Source of the DNA: Narcine bancroftii
Taxonomy: Eukaryota
DNA: 64,000 nt
Assembly: GCF_036971445.1 (NCBI RefSeq)
Contig: NC_091469.1
Location: 212,784,001-212,848,000, forward strand
Reading direction: 5' to 3'
The translations under genes and the position numbers were made by a program. The notes beneath the pieces were generated by a model that saw nothing but the letters and a program-made list of their open reading frames with translations, did not search any database and was not told the DNA's origin. Each line of letters opens with the position of its first letter. Position 1 is the stretch's first letter. This document shows positions 11,801-24,217 of this stretch, piece by piece.

Positions 11801-12999
11801 CAGAGCAGATATAAATTCAGCCCGCAGCATCCACTAGCACCCTAACGTAACAGGGGGTGGAGCAATCCTCCATTCACACTCTCCCTATCCCTTGCCCATT
11901 TATTTGTGAACACTGCTGGTTCACTGTCACTCAGATCACTGACCTACTGCAGGACCAGATCGCTTTTCTGGTCTGACTCCTGTTGAGGACAGGAAGCCCT
12001 CAACCTCATCTAGAGCCTGTTGGGGGAGGACATAATGCAGGTGGACAAACCTGAACCTGAGGCAGATTGGTGAGACTGAACACGGATCCAACTGGTGCCC
12101 TTTCTCGTCCTGTGCTTTTAGTTGAAACATTTTGCAGTAAAAATATCAACCGTGATATTTTCATTCCAACCGCTGAATTCAGTCAAATGCAGAAATGTAT
12201 ATAATTGCTGAATTTGAAAAGTGTTTGTTTAAATTCTGCCAAAAGATTAATATAATTAGCCATTGGGATAGTATCAGCATTCTCCAACAATAAGGGAGAT
12301 TGGCCCAACCCTGCCAGGCTTTCTGACGATGACTTCTCACCTGGGGCCACTGGACAATGAGACTGTGTCACGAATGCAGGATGGGGCTGAACACCTTGCA
12401 ATTCTTAATGTCAGGTGCCAAATTCACAAATCAGTGGCCAAACTCTGACCAATCTGAAATTAGAGTCACTAACAGTCCTCTATTTCTACAATGAACTTTG
12501 AAAGAAATTAGCTTCGAACTTGCTCAGGGTGAAATAGAAGGAAACAAAGAACAGTGCTTCTTTAGTGCTGTAGAAAAGGTTCTGAGAAGCAGCTCCTCTG
12601 TACTGAACATAAGGTCACGCAGCCAAACATCCTTTCCCCACCAGTCTTGAAGAGCGATTTTAATCAATGTAGACCAGAGTGTGTGTGTGTGGACGGTGTA
12701 CAGAAAGCCATGAGCTGAGGGATATCGGAAGTGATGATGGAGCTTTGGTGGGCAATTGCCAATTTCACAATGCAGAACATGTTCAATAACTATCAGTCCT
12801 TCTCTCCTCATCCAATGAGTCAAGAATGAAATTGAGGGAATATTTCTCTCTGCAGAAATAATAACCAGTCAGAGACCTTTGCCACGATTCTGCATTGCCC
12901 ATGCAACTAATCCCTTTTCCATGCCTGATGGTCATCAATGAGCTCCTTCAAATAGCCCATGAAATATCAGATGCCTGCAAGTAGGGAACGGTAGTCGAC

Positions 13000-13310
13000 A
13001 TAGACTGACTACACCTGGGCAGGATAGGGAGCCACATTTGCTCCTTTTGTTGGGGAGGGTTTCAGATTTAAGCTCACGTGGAAGGGGGTGGGAATCCAGG
13101 CACAGAGACAGAGGGAAGCAATGCAGAGACCAAAGCAAAAGTAAGAAAAAAGTAAGAGAGGAGTGCAGAAAAGTCAAATGTAAGTGAGACAAAGATTATG
13201 GAGCCTGAATGGACAATGAGTATAAGGGTACTTTACCTGAATGCCCGTCGTATTAAGAAGAATCAGTGAATTTGTGGCACAAATCAGTACAAAATCATGA
13301 TTTAGTCTCC
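13000..13310 (+). mobile_element. CR1 ORF1/ORF2 junction fragment
   Basis: Encodes the endonuclease start motif LYLNAR.I. Confidence 0.5.
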
Positions 13311-13364
13311 AGTCTGCGTCTTTTTGTGGTGTGGTCATGAATCATCATCTAGTGGCTGATTTAA

Positions 13365-13555
13365 ATTTCAAATTTTAATTTAGACATACAGCGCGGTAAC
13401 AGACCCTTTTGACCCACGAGCTGTGCTGCCCAACTACTCCCAATAGGCCTACAACCCTCTGTACAATTTTTTAACTGTGGGAGGAAAACGGAGCCTGTGG
13501 TGAAAAATCCAGGTGGACGCAGAGAGAACATGTAAATTCCTTATAGACTGCACGG
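13365..13555 (-). mobile_element. V-SINE (HE1-like)
   Basis: Same core and tail as 11565-11800. Confidence 0.7.
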
Positions 13556-14163
13556 GCACTGCCAAGTTCAGGGAGCAAGTCCGCAAGGAACAGTTCACAA
13601 AATGTTGCCGTTCGCACGCGCCATGGAGAATTGTAATGTTCAGAGGGTTACTGGTGAAACATACAGAGATGGTAAGAGGCAGGGCCGCAGGAGATCTGAA
13701 TGTCGGCACTAGAGTGTTCACACCGGAAGTGTCCCAGGTTCAGTCTGAACAGAGAGTAGAGGCCTCACTGATTCAGGAAGCCCAATGTCATCTGCAGGCC
13801 TACACAGGCACTGAGACAACAGGAATTGGTGTAATGTTTCCTCTGGTCACAAACTGCATCTTTCACTGCATTTTATCTCCTGGACATTGCACTTATTGAC
13901 ATAAGGGCAGCTAAATCTCACTCAGCTTGCAACAATCTTACAGACCCTATATAACCTGACTGGTTCTCAGGCATGTGAGTTCCTGGTGTTTAATTTTATT
14001 TTCTCAGTCAGGTCAGTCAACAGAGATGAGCAACTCACCAGTTGAACAGCCCTGAACTCATTCTAATGCACAGTTTACTGCAGATTGAGTCTGGGCCGAA
14101 GTTGAGAAGCCAGCTGACACCAGATATGGTCCAGTTTGTAAGTTCTCTATTTCTTATCTGCAG

Positions 14164-14466
14164 AATTATACGTCTTTTTACAAAATCCACCCACTGAAGA
14201 GATTTGGATCAACAAGACCACTATTCTGGTTTGCCTGGTTGTGGGTGCTGATCTGAGCCAGGTCCAAATCTACTGGCTGGTGAGCGGAAGAGAGAGAATG
14301 AAAGGAAATGTGACCCAACAACCGAGAGAGGAAGGATCACAAAGCACAGTGATCAGCCGATTTCAGACCAGTGTGGAGGAGTGGTACAGTGGGGCCGTGT
14401 ACACTTGTTCCGCCCAAGGATCTTCCTCATCCTTGCCAGTGTCAGCACAGACACAGAGTACCAAAG
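14164..14466 (+). CDS. IgW: Duplicated IgW CH3-like exon (CH3')
   Basis: Acceptor tatctgcag|, donor g|gtgggc, phase 1, open frame, both Cys and Trp retained. About 60% aa identity to CH3 by hand alignment. Confidence 0.88.
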
Positions 14467-14554
14467 GTGGGCAAAAGGTCAGCAATTCGATGGACAACAT
14501 CTGTGACCTTGAGTAAAAATGTTTACCTCTCCTTTCTTTGCTCGTCTGTTCCAG

Positions 14555-14872
14555 TCGAGATAAAAGGGCCTGAGGTCCGACTGCTGGCGCAACCACATGA
14601 AGACACCAAGAGTAGGAACACGGCCACCCTGGAGTGTGTGGTCTTTGGATTCTACCCAGACCTCATCGATGTCACCTGGGAGAAAGACAGCTCCCTGATC
14701 TCCTCCGACACCCATACTACAAGGACTGCTCTGGAGCAGGCGGGCACTTTCACTGCCAGGCACTTCCTGACTGTGAGGACAGAGGAGTGGAAGAAAGGCT
14801 CAGTCTTCAGCTGTACAGTGTCTCATCCCCCCTCCAACACCAGTATCAGCCGGGAGGTGAAAAACATGCAAG
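14555..14872 (+). CDS. IgW: Duplicated IgW CH4-like exon (CH4')
   Basis: Acceptor ttccag|, donor g|gtatgg, phase 1, open frame. About 72% aa identity to CH4 by hand alignment; the short intron before it is homologous to the CH3-CH4 intron. Confidence 0.9.
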
Positions 14873-16341
14873 GTATGGACCTGGGATTCACTCCAATCTT
14901 GACAAGCTTTGCCCATGCCACAAACTGGGGCCAAGTTAGTTCACTGAAAGATCGGTGTGGCATTGTTCTGCTTGTGTGAGTGAGCTGATAACCTCAATGC
15001 ATAGAGCAGCAACAATTGTATTCACTGATGTAATTTCACATAGAAACATAGAAAACCTACAGCACAAAGTTGTGCTGAACATGTCCCTACCGTAGAAATT
15101 ACTAGGCTCATCCATATCCCTCTATTTTCCTAAGCTTCACATAACCTATCCAAAAGGACCCTAATGTATCCACCTCCACCACATCTTCCCGAACACCACA
15201 AGGCTGCCCTGCTTGATCAAGCTCAAAAGCCTTTGGAGAATGGTTTCAACGCACAATCTGATGGGACAGTACAGGGTTTTAAACTAGAATGCAACAACGG
15301 GAAACAAGTTGCCGCTACCAGTCCAAGTGATGGTGAAACTGTGAAAGGAAGATAAAATTAACAGGTTCATTGATGTCCTTTTGTAAAGGACAGCTGCCTT
15401 TTACACTCTTTCCCCTTATCCTTCAATCACACACAAATTCCCCCGTGTCTCTGATAGGCCTGGCAAGTCAGTCAGTGGAGCAGAGCAAGGAATGCCGGCC
15501 TTGTCAGTGACAGTCTCAGGATGACAATAATGGGAAGAACAAGGACTGGATGCCAGCATGTTAGAAACTTTGAGCGAGCCTGCCTGTCACTAGAACGGCA
15601 GGAAGAAGATGGTGACCACTTTGTGTGAGCTGCCTCTCAGTGATTTTGAGCGGTTCAGCGTAACCTGGGAGATGGATGTAAAGTGCAGGTGAAAACTCAG
15701 GGCTCAAGAGAAATAGGGACAAAGATGTCTTCAGCTGACTCACAGTCCACTGCAGTTTGGGGAGGCGGGCTCAGTACTTGTATTTTTTTAATAAATTCAA
15801 ATAAAAAAGAATTCACTAAAAATCATAATGATAAAAACAAAGTAGTTGAATTATCATAATGAGTGTCAACTGGGATTCTGGCATCTAACAATTCAGGCAA
15901 ATCAAATTCATGCACAGCACCATCTTGCCATTCCAGGAGCTGGCTCATCATCGGCCAGTGGATAAGAAGTGACTCAAAGAGTCGCTCCATGCTATCAGTT
16001 GTAGATCGTGTAGGAGCAGCTTCCAGAACTGCAGTTACCGTCCCAACTCTGTTACCCTCCCAAGTAGTCATTGAGCTCCAAGATGTTCATCAGGCTCTGT
16101 CTTCAGAATTCCAAGTTTCCATGGTGCTTGAGTAGCTGTACTGTTGTAAATGCTAACCTGCTTCTAGGAAGTACCTCCAGGGACGCCTGGAATATGACAG
16201 ATGGATTGCAAGTTGAAACAACAGAGGACAAATTCCTATCTTTTGTAATACCTGCTCCGTCAGGCGTAGAATGCTTACCCTGTTTTGGCAGAAGATACTG
16301 TGTTTCATTCACCAATGAGTGGGAACAGTGACTAGGTCAAA

Positions 16342-19300
16342 AGCCCCTTTCACATTGGCAAACTGCTGAATTGGCAAGTGAATGAACTGTTTTGAAATAC
16401 AGATAGGGCCATTTACACTGGACCAAGGAAAAGCGTTTCTGTGAGCCCTTTCGCATTACCTAGCACAGAGCAAAGAGGCATCTATCTCCAGTGATGTTGT
16501 CCTGAGTGACACATTGAGCGATGGCAGACCTGCCCTCCTAGAATTCTGTGCGGCAAAGAAACCCTCACCAGTGTTCTGTGCATACAGGCCTTTCATTATG
16601 CCAAGGCACACTGGGACAAGGGAGCATTAAAGGAAAATGCGACTAGTTCCTTGCGGTCCCGAAGTCTCTCTCACTCTCTATCTCTCTCTTTCTCTCCCTT
16701 TTTAAAATTTTAAAAAAATTTTTCACACTATGAACCACATTAATCAAATTAACACAAACATTTCCCTCTTGAAAAGACACAGTCATTTTCTCCCTTTTTC
16801 CCCCCCATCCCTTCCCTCCCTCCCTCTCAACCCCCTCCAAACCCATTAAACGTTCATCATATACAATGCAATAAACCCATTAAACAATGTCATCACGCAA
16901 TGAAAATAAACAAGAAAATTGTGTCATCTACTTTTACACACTGGGTCAGTTCATTTCATCTTCTTCTCATTTTATCATTTTAGGGGGTGGAGGTCCAAGG
17001 CAAGCCCTCTCTGTTGTGTTCCATGTACGGTTCCCAAATTTGTTCAAATAATGTGACTTTATTTTTTTAATTATATGTTATTTTTTCCAATGGAATATAT
17101 TTATTCATTTCCATGTACCATTGCTGTACTCTCAGGCTCTCTTCTGATTTCCAAGTTGACATTATACATTTTTTTGCTACAGCTAAGGCTATCATAATAA
17201 ATCTTTTTTGTGCTTCATCCAGTTTGAGGCCTAATTCTTTACTTATATTACTTAGAAGAAAGATCTCTCGATTTTTTGGTATGTTGCTTTTTGTGATTTT
17301 ATTTAATATCTGATTTAGATTTTCCAAAAACTTTTCCACTTTCTCACATGCCCAAATTGCATGTACTGTTGTTCCCGTTTCCTTCTTACAGCAAAAACAT
17401 CTATCTGATACTGTTGGATCCCATTTATTTAATTTTTGGGCCTTGATATATAGCCTGTGTAACCAATTATATTGTATCATGCGTAACCTCATATTTATTA
17501 TATTTCTCATAGTTCCAGAGCATAGCTATTCCCATATTTAATTTTTTATCTTTATATTTAGATCTTGTTCCCACTTTTGTTTGGTTTATAGTTTATTTCA
17601 TCATTTTCTTTCTCTTGCAGCTTGATGTACATGTTTGTTATAAATCTTTTAATTATCATTGTGTCTGTAATCACATATTCAAAGCTGCTTCCTTCTGGTA
17701 GTCTCAGTCTGCTTCCTAATTTGTCCTTTAAGTAAGTTTTCAGTTGGCATGCAAACATTGTACCATGAGTTATTCCATATTTGTACTTCATTTGTTCAAA
17801 TGATAATAAATTATTTCCCAAAAAACAATTTTCTATACTTTTAATTCCTTTTCTCTCCCATTCTCTAAAGGAAAGGTTATCTATTGTGAAAGGGATTAGT
17901 TGATGTTGAGTCAATAATAATTTTGGTAGTAGATAATTTGTTTTTTTCCTTTCTACATGAATCTTCTTCCAAATGTTGAGCAGATGGTGCAATACTGGTG
18001 AACTTCTATATTGCACCAGTTTTTCATCCACTTATAAAGTATATGTTCTGGTACCTTCTCCCCTATTTTATCTAGCTCTGTCTTGGTCCAATCTGGTTTT
18101 TCCCTTGTTTGATAAAAATCTGATGGATATCTTAATTGTGCTGCTCTATAATAATTTTTAAAGTTTGGTAGCTGCAAACCACCTTGATTGTACCATTCTG
18201 TTCATTTATCGAGTCCTATCCTTGGTTTCCCCCCTTTCCATAAGAATTTCCTTATTATTCTTTTTAGTTCATTGAAGAATTTCTCTGTTAAGGGAATTAG
18301 AAAGGATTGAAATAGGTATTGTATCCTTGGGAAGATATTCATTTTAATCCAATTTACCCTTCCTCTCAGTGTTAGTGGTAAATCTTTCCAATATTCTAAG
18401 TCATCTTGTAATTTCTTCATTAATGGCTGATAATTTAATTTGTATAGATGGCCTAGATTATTATCTAGTCTAATACCTAGGTATCGGATTGCTTGTGTTT
18501 GCTATTTAAATGGTGATTCTTTTTTAATCTTTGGTGTAATCCGCATTATTCATTGGCATCGCTTTATTTTTATTTGCGTTGATCTTGTACCCCAATATTT
18601 CTCCATATTCCTTCAATTTCTTATATAATTCTTTTATTGATAATTCTGGTTCTGTTAAGTATTCTATAATGTCATCTGCAAATAGACTGATTTTATATTC
18701 CTTCTCTTTTATTTTTATCCCTTTTATTTTATTTTCTGTCTTTATCAGTTCTGCCAAGGGTTCTATTGCTAAAGTGAACAGTGAGGGAGATAGTGGACAT
18801 CCCTGCCTAGTTGACCTGCTTAATTTAAATTGGTTCGATGTATGTCCATTTACTTTCACCTTCGCTATTGGTCCCTTATATGATGCTTTAATCAAATTAA
18901 TATATTTCTCTGGTAGGTTGAACCTCTGTAGTACTTTGAATAAATAATTCCATTCTACCCTGTCAAAGACTTTCTCTGCGTCTAAAGGAACAGCCACTGT
19001 TGCCGTCTTATTTCCTTGTACTGCATGGATTAAGTTAATGAACTTACAGGCATTGTCCGTTGTTCGTCTTTCCTTAATAAATTCAGTTTGATCTAGTTTT
19101 ACTATTTTTGTACACAGTCGGCCAATCTGCTTGCTAATAGTTTTGTTATTATCTTATAATCTGTGTTAAGTAGAGATATTGGTCTATATGATGCTGGTGT
19201 TAGTGGATCTTTCCCCGTCTTTGGTATAACTGTAATTATTTCTGTTTTACATGAGTCTGGCAAGTTTTGTGTTTCTTCTATCTGGTTCATTACTTCCAGG

Positions 19301-22300
19301 AGAGGAGGAATTAGTAATTTTTTAATTGTTTTATAGAATTCTATTGGGAGTCCGTCATCTCCAGGCGTTTTATTGTTCGGTAGCTTTTTTAATATATCCT
19401 GGTATTTCCTCTATTTCAAATGGTTTTATCAATTTGTTTTGCTCCTCTTCTTGCAATTTCGGTAGTTCAGTTTTAGCTAGAAACTCATCTATTTTGTCTT
19501 CTTTCCCTTCGTTCTCAGTTCGGTATAATTGCTCGTAGAATACCTTGAAGTTTTCATTGATCTCTGTTGGATTATATGTAATTTGTTTGTCCTTTGTCCT
19601 TGATGCCAATACCGTTCTTTTTGCTTGTTGTTTTAAGCTGCCAAGCTAGTATTTTGTGCTTTTTTGCTCTTAGCTCATAATACTTCTGCGTTCTTTTCAT
19701 TCTGTTCTTCTCCACCTTATACATTTGTAGTGTTTCGTAGTTTATTTTTTTTCTGCCAATTCTCTTCTTTTTGTTGTATCTTCCCTTGTTGCTAGTTCCT
19801 TTTCTGTACTGATTATTTCCCTTTCCAGCTGTTCTATTTCCCGATTGTATCCTTTTTTCATCTTAGTTGCATAACTTATTATCTGCCCTCTGATGAAGGC
19901 TTTCATTGCATCCCATCATATAAATTTGTCTTTCACTGATTCCATATTTATTTCAAAGTACATTTTAATTTGGCACTCAATAAATTCTCTAAATTCCTGT
20001 CTTTTCAGTAGCATGGAATTTAATCTCCATCCATATGTTCTTGGTGGGATGTCTTCCAGTTCTATGGCTAATAACAGGAGTGAGTGATCAGATAACAATC
20101 TAGCTTTATATTCTGTTTTCCTAACACTCCTTTGGATATGGGCTAACAACAGGAACAGGTCAATCCTCGAATATGTTTTATGTCTACTCGAATAATATGA
20201 GTATTCCTTCTCCTTTGGGTGTTGTCTCCTCCATATATCCAAAAGTTGCATTTCCTGCATTGATTTAACCATAAATTTGGCTACTTTGTTCTTTCTGTTA
20301 GTCTTTTGTCCAGTTTTATCCATTTTGAAGTCAAATTAAGGTTAAAGTCCCCTCCTATCAATATATTCCCCTGTGTATCTACAATCTTCAAAAAATATCT
20401 TGCATAAACTTTTGATCCTCTTCATTAGGTGCATATATATTGATCAAATTCCAGAATTCAGAATATATCTGACACTTTATCATTACATATCTCCTTGCTG
20501 GATCTATTATTTCCTCTTCTATTTTAATTGGTACATTTTTATTGATTAATATAGCTACACCTCTGGCTTTTGAATTATATGATGCTGCCGTTACGTGCCC
20601 TACCCAGTCTCTCCTTAACTTATTGTGTTCCACTTCAGTTAGATGCGTTTCCTGCATGAATGCTATATCTATTTTTTCTTTTTGCAGTAAATTTAATAGC
20701 CTTTTCCTTTTGATTTGGTTATGTGTTCTGTTAATAATTTTTGTTATATAATTCAACATGGCCATCTCATATTCTGTTTACATCTCATTTCCGCTTCCTC
20801 ACCACCACCTTTCCCCTTTTCCCCATTTTCATTTCTCAGTTTTCCTTTTTTGAACGCACTGTATGACAACACTTCTAAAACATAAAATACTTCAACCATT
20901 CCCACATCTAAAATTCCCTTAACCCCAGGTGTTTTCCCCCCCCCCCCAACCTCTCTGAGTCGCCCCTTGTCCCTTGCCAGGCAACCACAACTCCCCTCTC
21001 CATTTGGACTGCGAACCCATTCGCAAGTGTCAACTGATTTCGCAATGACTGTTATTCTCTCCCACCCAACCCCCTCCACAAAAGACTTTTATCTTCACAT
21101 TAAAACAAATCTCCCCCTCTTTTCTTCTCTTTTGCTTTTTATTTTTTTTTAACCCCCCTCTTATGCCCCCACCCTTCTCCCTTGCTTCCCTCCTTTAGTT
21201 CTTACTTATACATTATTTTTACATCTTTATATGTAGTTTGTCTTCGTTCATGTTACATCTCCTCATCTCTCTTTCTGACTTGCAGGCATTCTGCAATTTC
21301 TCGTGCTTTCTCCGGATCCGAGAACAGTCTGTTTTGCTGCCCTGGGATAACTATTTTAAGCAACGCTGGATATCTGAACATAAATTTATAGTCTTTTTTC
21401 CATAGGATCAATTTTGCTGCATTAAACTCCTTCCTCTTCTTTTGGAACTCAAAACTTATGTCTGAGTATAAAAAAAAAATTTGACCTTTGTACTCCAGTG
21501 GTTTTTTTGTCTTCTCTAATTTTATTCATTGCCTTCTCCAATATATTTTATCTTGTGTTTCTCAGAAATTTTACTAAAACGGATCTTGGTTTTTGTTGTG
21601 ACTGTGGTTTCGGGGCTAATGTTCTGTGTACCCTTTCTATTTCCATTCCTTCCTGTATTTCTGGCATTCCTAGGACCTTTGGGGTCCATTATTTTATAAA
21701 TTCTTTCACATTTGTGCATTCTTCATCTTCCTTAAGGCCCACTATCTTTATATTGTTTCACCTACTCTAGTTCTCCATTATATCCATCTTCTGAGCTAAC
21801 AACTCTTGTGTTTCTTTAACTTTTTTGTCACTTTCTTCCAATTTTCTATTTAAGTTGTTCACTTCCATTTCTATCGCCATTACACGTTCTTCCACATTTT
21901 CTAATCCTTTCCCTACATCTGTTATGACCAGCTCTATTCTGCTCACTTTTGCTTCCGTACTTTTCTTTTCACTAAATTCTAGTGTCAACCATTCTTTTAA
22001 TGCTTTCATTTGTTCTTGAATTTTTTAAAATCTATGTACTGTCCATTCATTTTACCTTCTATTCCTCTGTGCAGAGCTTGGTCTTCTTCTTCTGTGTCTG
22101 CTCTAGGGTTTGTGTCTTCTATTTCTCTTCCTTGTCTCTGTGTCTCTTTTGACTTTCTTGTTGAGCTGCTTGTGTCAGTTTATTGGGTTTTTTTTTCATG
22201 GTTTCTTGATGTTGATCCTCTTCTTCTGGGCTGGTTATATGTTGGGCCTCCTGCTTCTGATTTTCTTTCTCATCCCTCCCTTTCCCGTTACTTTCTTTTT

Positions 22301-22746
22301 CTTCCAGCTGGGAGCCCTGCTGTCGGGCATCTCTCAGCTGTTCGTGCTGTGTAGTTTCACTCCACAGCTGGTCCCCTCTCCCGTCGGTGTTCTCCTTGTC
22401 GTATGCATCATGGATGTGTGATGAATCACTAATTTAGTGAATTGAATACAAACTTTATACCTTTTTAAACCAATGTTGTTAATTGGAAGAATATCTTTGG
22501 TTTCCTTCATGTTCCTGTATGCCGCAAGAACGTCATCAACACGTCACTAACTGGGTGTGGCATACTGGGTGTCCCATTCACATTATGCTGATTCAAAACC
22601 GATCGGCAATGATACTACCACCCTAGGTGGTTAGCTCATGGGTCGATTTGGGCCCCCCCCTACTGGTTCGGAAGCATTCGCACTGGCATGTGAAGCGGTA
22701 AATTGGTGGTTAATTATTGGGTTCAAGTGCCATTGTGAAAGGGGCT
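16342..22746. mobile_element. PIF/Harbinger-like non-autonomous DNA transposon split by an L1
   Basis: TIRs agcccctttcacattggca / tgccattgtgaaaggggct (18/19 match), 3-bp TSD AAA; a related intact copy lies at 48026-48394. Confidence 0.7.
16700..22420 (-). mobile_element. Near full-length degenerate L1 LINE (ORF1 ~22400-21260; ORF2 ~20765-17000)
   Basis: Fragmented ORFs with APE endonuclease (AFMQETHL, YSRIDLF, SDH), RT (YRPISLLN, DAEK.FDRVEW, RQGCPLSP, FADD) and C-terminal C-C-H-C. Same family as the copy at 60089+. Confidence 0.95.
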
Positions 22747-23215
22747 AAAGATTCACCTCAAACTTGTTTCTTCATCACTCTTTGAGGATCAGAACTTTGA
22801 ACAGATAACTCTGCTGTCCAAAAAATGTGAAGATCAGTCCTGCGACTTTTTCCTCCGTTTGATGCAGTCCGGGACTCAGAATTGTCCCAAAGATATTCTG
22901 TAGGGAAGAGGTTTACAAGTGTTTTTGCACCGTTTTACAAGGTTACACGGACCACTTTCCGCCAAGATCCCTGTGAGGCTGCAGATGTGGCTCCAAAGGT
23001 TATTTTTAATCTGAGATTGTAGAATTTTTGCTGACCCAAGGGTTTAATGGGAAAGTCAGGTAACGCAATTGGTTCCAAGATCATGCACAATCTCAGGAAA
23101 TGGCTCATGTCTCCTGTTTTCCTGTCGTCTTGCTGTCTTCATTTCATTGAGACGTTGTTGATCTTCATGAAACATATGGAGGAAACTAACTTTCCTGCTT
23201 TCTCAATTATTGCAG

Positions 23216-23358
23216 AAGCCTGCACTGAATGGATAGGAGAGGAAGGAAAAGAAGAACCAGGAGATTTGGATGGAGATGACAACGTGATTACAGTTACTGC
23301 ATTTGCCATTCTGTTCATCATCAGTTTCCTCTACAGCACCTTTGTCACTGTGGTCAAG
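23216..23358 (+). CDS. IgW: IgW transmembrane exon TM1
   Basis: Acceptor ttattgcag|, donor aag|gtaacc. Acidic spacer EACTEWIGEEGKEEPGDLDGDDN plus TM VITVTAFAILFIISFLYSTFVTVVK carrying the conserved antigen-receptor (CART) F..LF..S..YST..T pattern. Confidence 0.93.
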
Positions 23359-23629
23359 GTAACCAAATGACCAATATTCCCATGAAGCCCACCCTCCCAG
23401 CTTCCATTTCAACATAGCACAATCAATAGAGGATACAGTCAGGGGCCCCACACAACCCTGGGACATTGGGCCTTTCCATTTTACTCCTCTTCTCTGGGCC
23501 TTGACATAGCAAATGTGACAGAATGTTGCTGAGTGTTTGGGACAATGATCCTGGGCTCAAACATTGAAATCAAACAAGAGCTGTGTTCATGTCAACCATG
23601 GAGACCTCCGCACCTGAACCCTGAGCCCA

Positions 23630-23878
23630 AGTGCAGTTAATGCAATGCCTTTACAGTGCCAGCGATCGGGACCTGACCGGGGTTCGAAACCATCACTGTC
23701 TGTAAGGACAATCTGTACGTTCTGTCTGTGATTACATGGGTTTTCCCTGGGGACCCCAGTTTCCTCCCACTGTTCAAAATGTACCGGAGGGTTGTAGGTT
23801 AATTGGGTGTAATTGGAAGGCACGGACTCGTAGGGCCGAATTCGCCTGTACCGTGCTGTATGTCTGAATTTTTTTTTT
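23630..23878 (+). mobile_element. V-SINE in the TM1-TM2 intron
   Basis: B box ggttcgaaacc and V-domain ccccagtttcctcccac. Confidence 0.75.
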
Positions 23879-24205
23879 CAACTTAAAGTGCAGATCTGAC
23901 TTCAGACCCCTACTGGTATTCAGACTGCCTCTCCTATAGGGGCCTCATCAGAAAATAATGAGAGACCACCTGTCTATGAGAAACCAGCTCAGAGCAGAAG
24001 GAGGAACCATTTCTCCATGGGATCCATCACCTGGATGTGTGTCAGACCACTTAATCAGGAGGGTCCTAGAAAAGGGGGAAACCACCTGTCTCTGAGGGTC
24101 AGTCTCCTCGAATAAGGAGAGACCTCCTGTTATTTATTTCACCAGGTTATGGTCTGTGCTGCACCTTGGAAACCACAATTTCTCACTTCTCTGTCTACAT
24201 TCCAG

Positions 24206-24217
24206 GTTCAGCAATGA
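24206..24217 (+). CDS. IgW: IgW TM2 exon (cytoplasmic VQQ*), followed by 3' UTR
   Basis: Pyrimidine tract and acceptor ctacattccag|gtt cag caa tga; phase 0 matches TM1 and gives the tail KVQQ. ATTAAA at 24716 and 24732. Confidence 0.72.
   Translation, partial: VQQ

Noticed and set aside
14164-14872. Separate second Ig gene or assembly duplicate
   Set aside because: No V, J, CH1 or CH2 lies between CH6 and CH3', and 28-40% aa divergence is too high for a haplotype artefact.
23047-23370. Standalone 107-aa membrane protein ORF
   Set aside because: The 5' half is intron read in frame with the TM1 exon.
23630-23720. tRNA gene
   Set aside because: A/B-box-like sequence is the head of a V-SINE, with no full cloverleaf.
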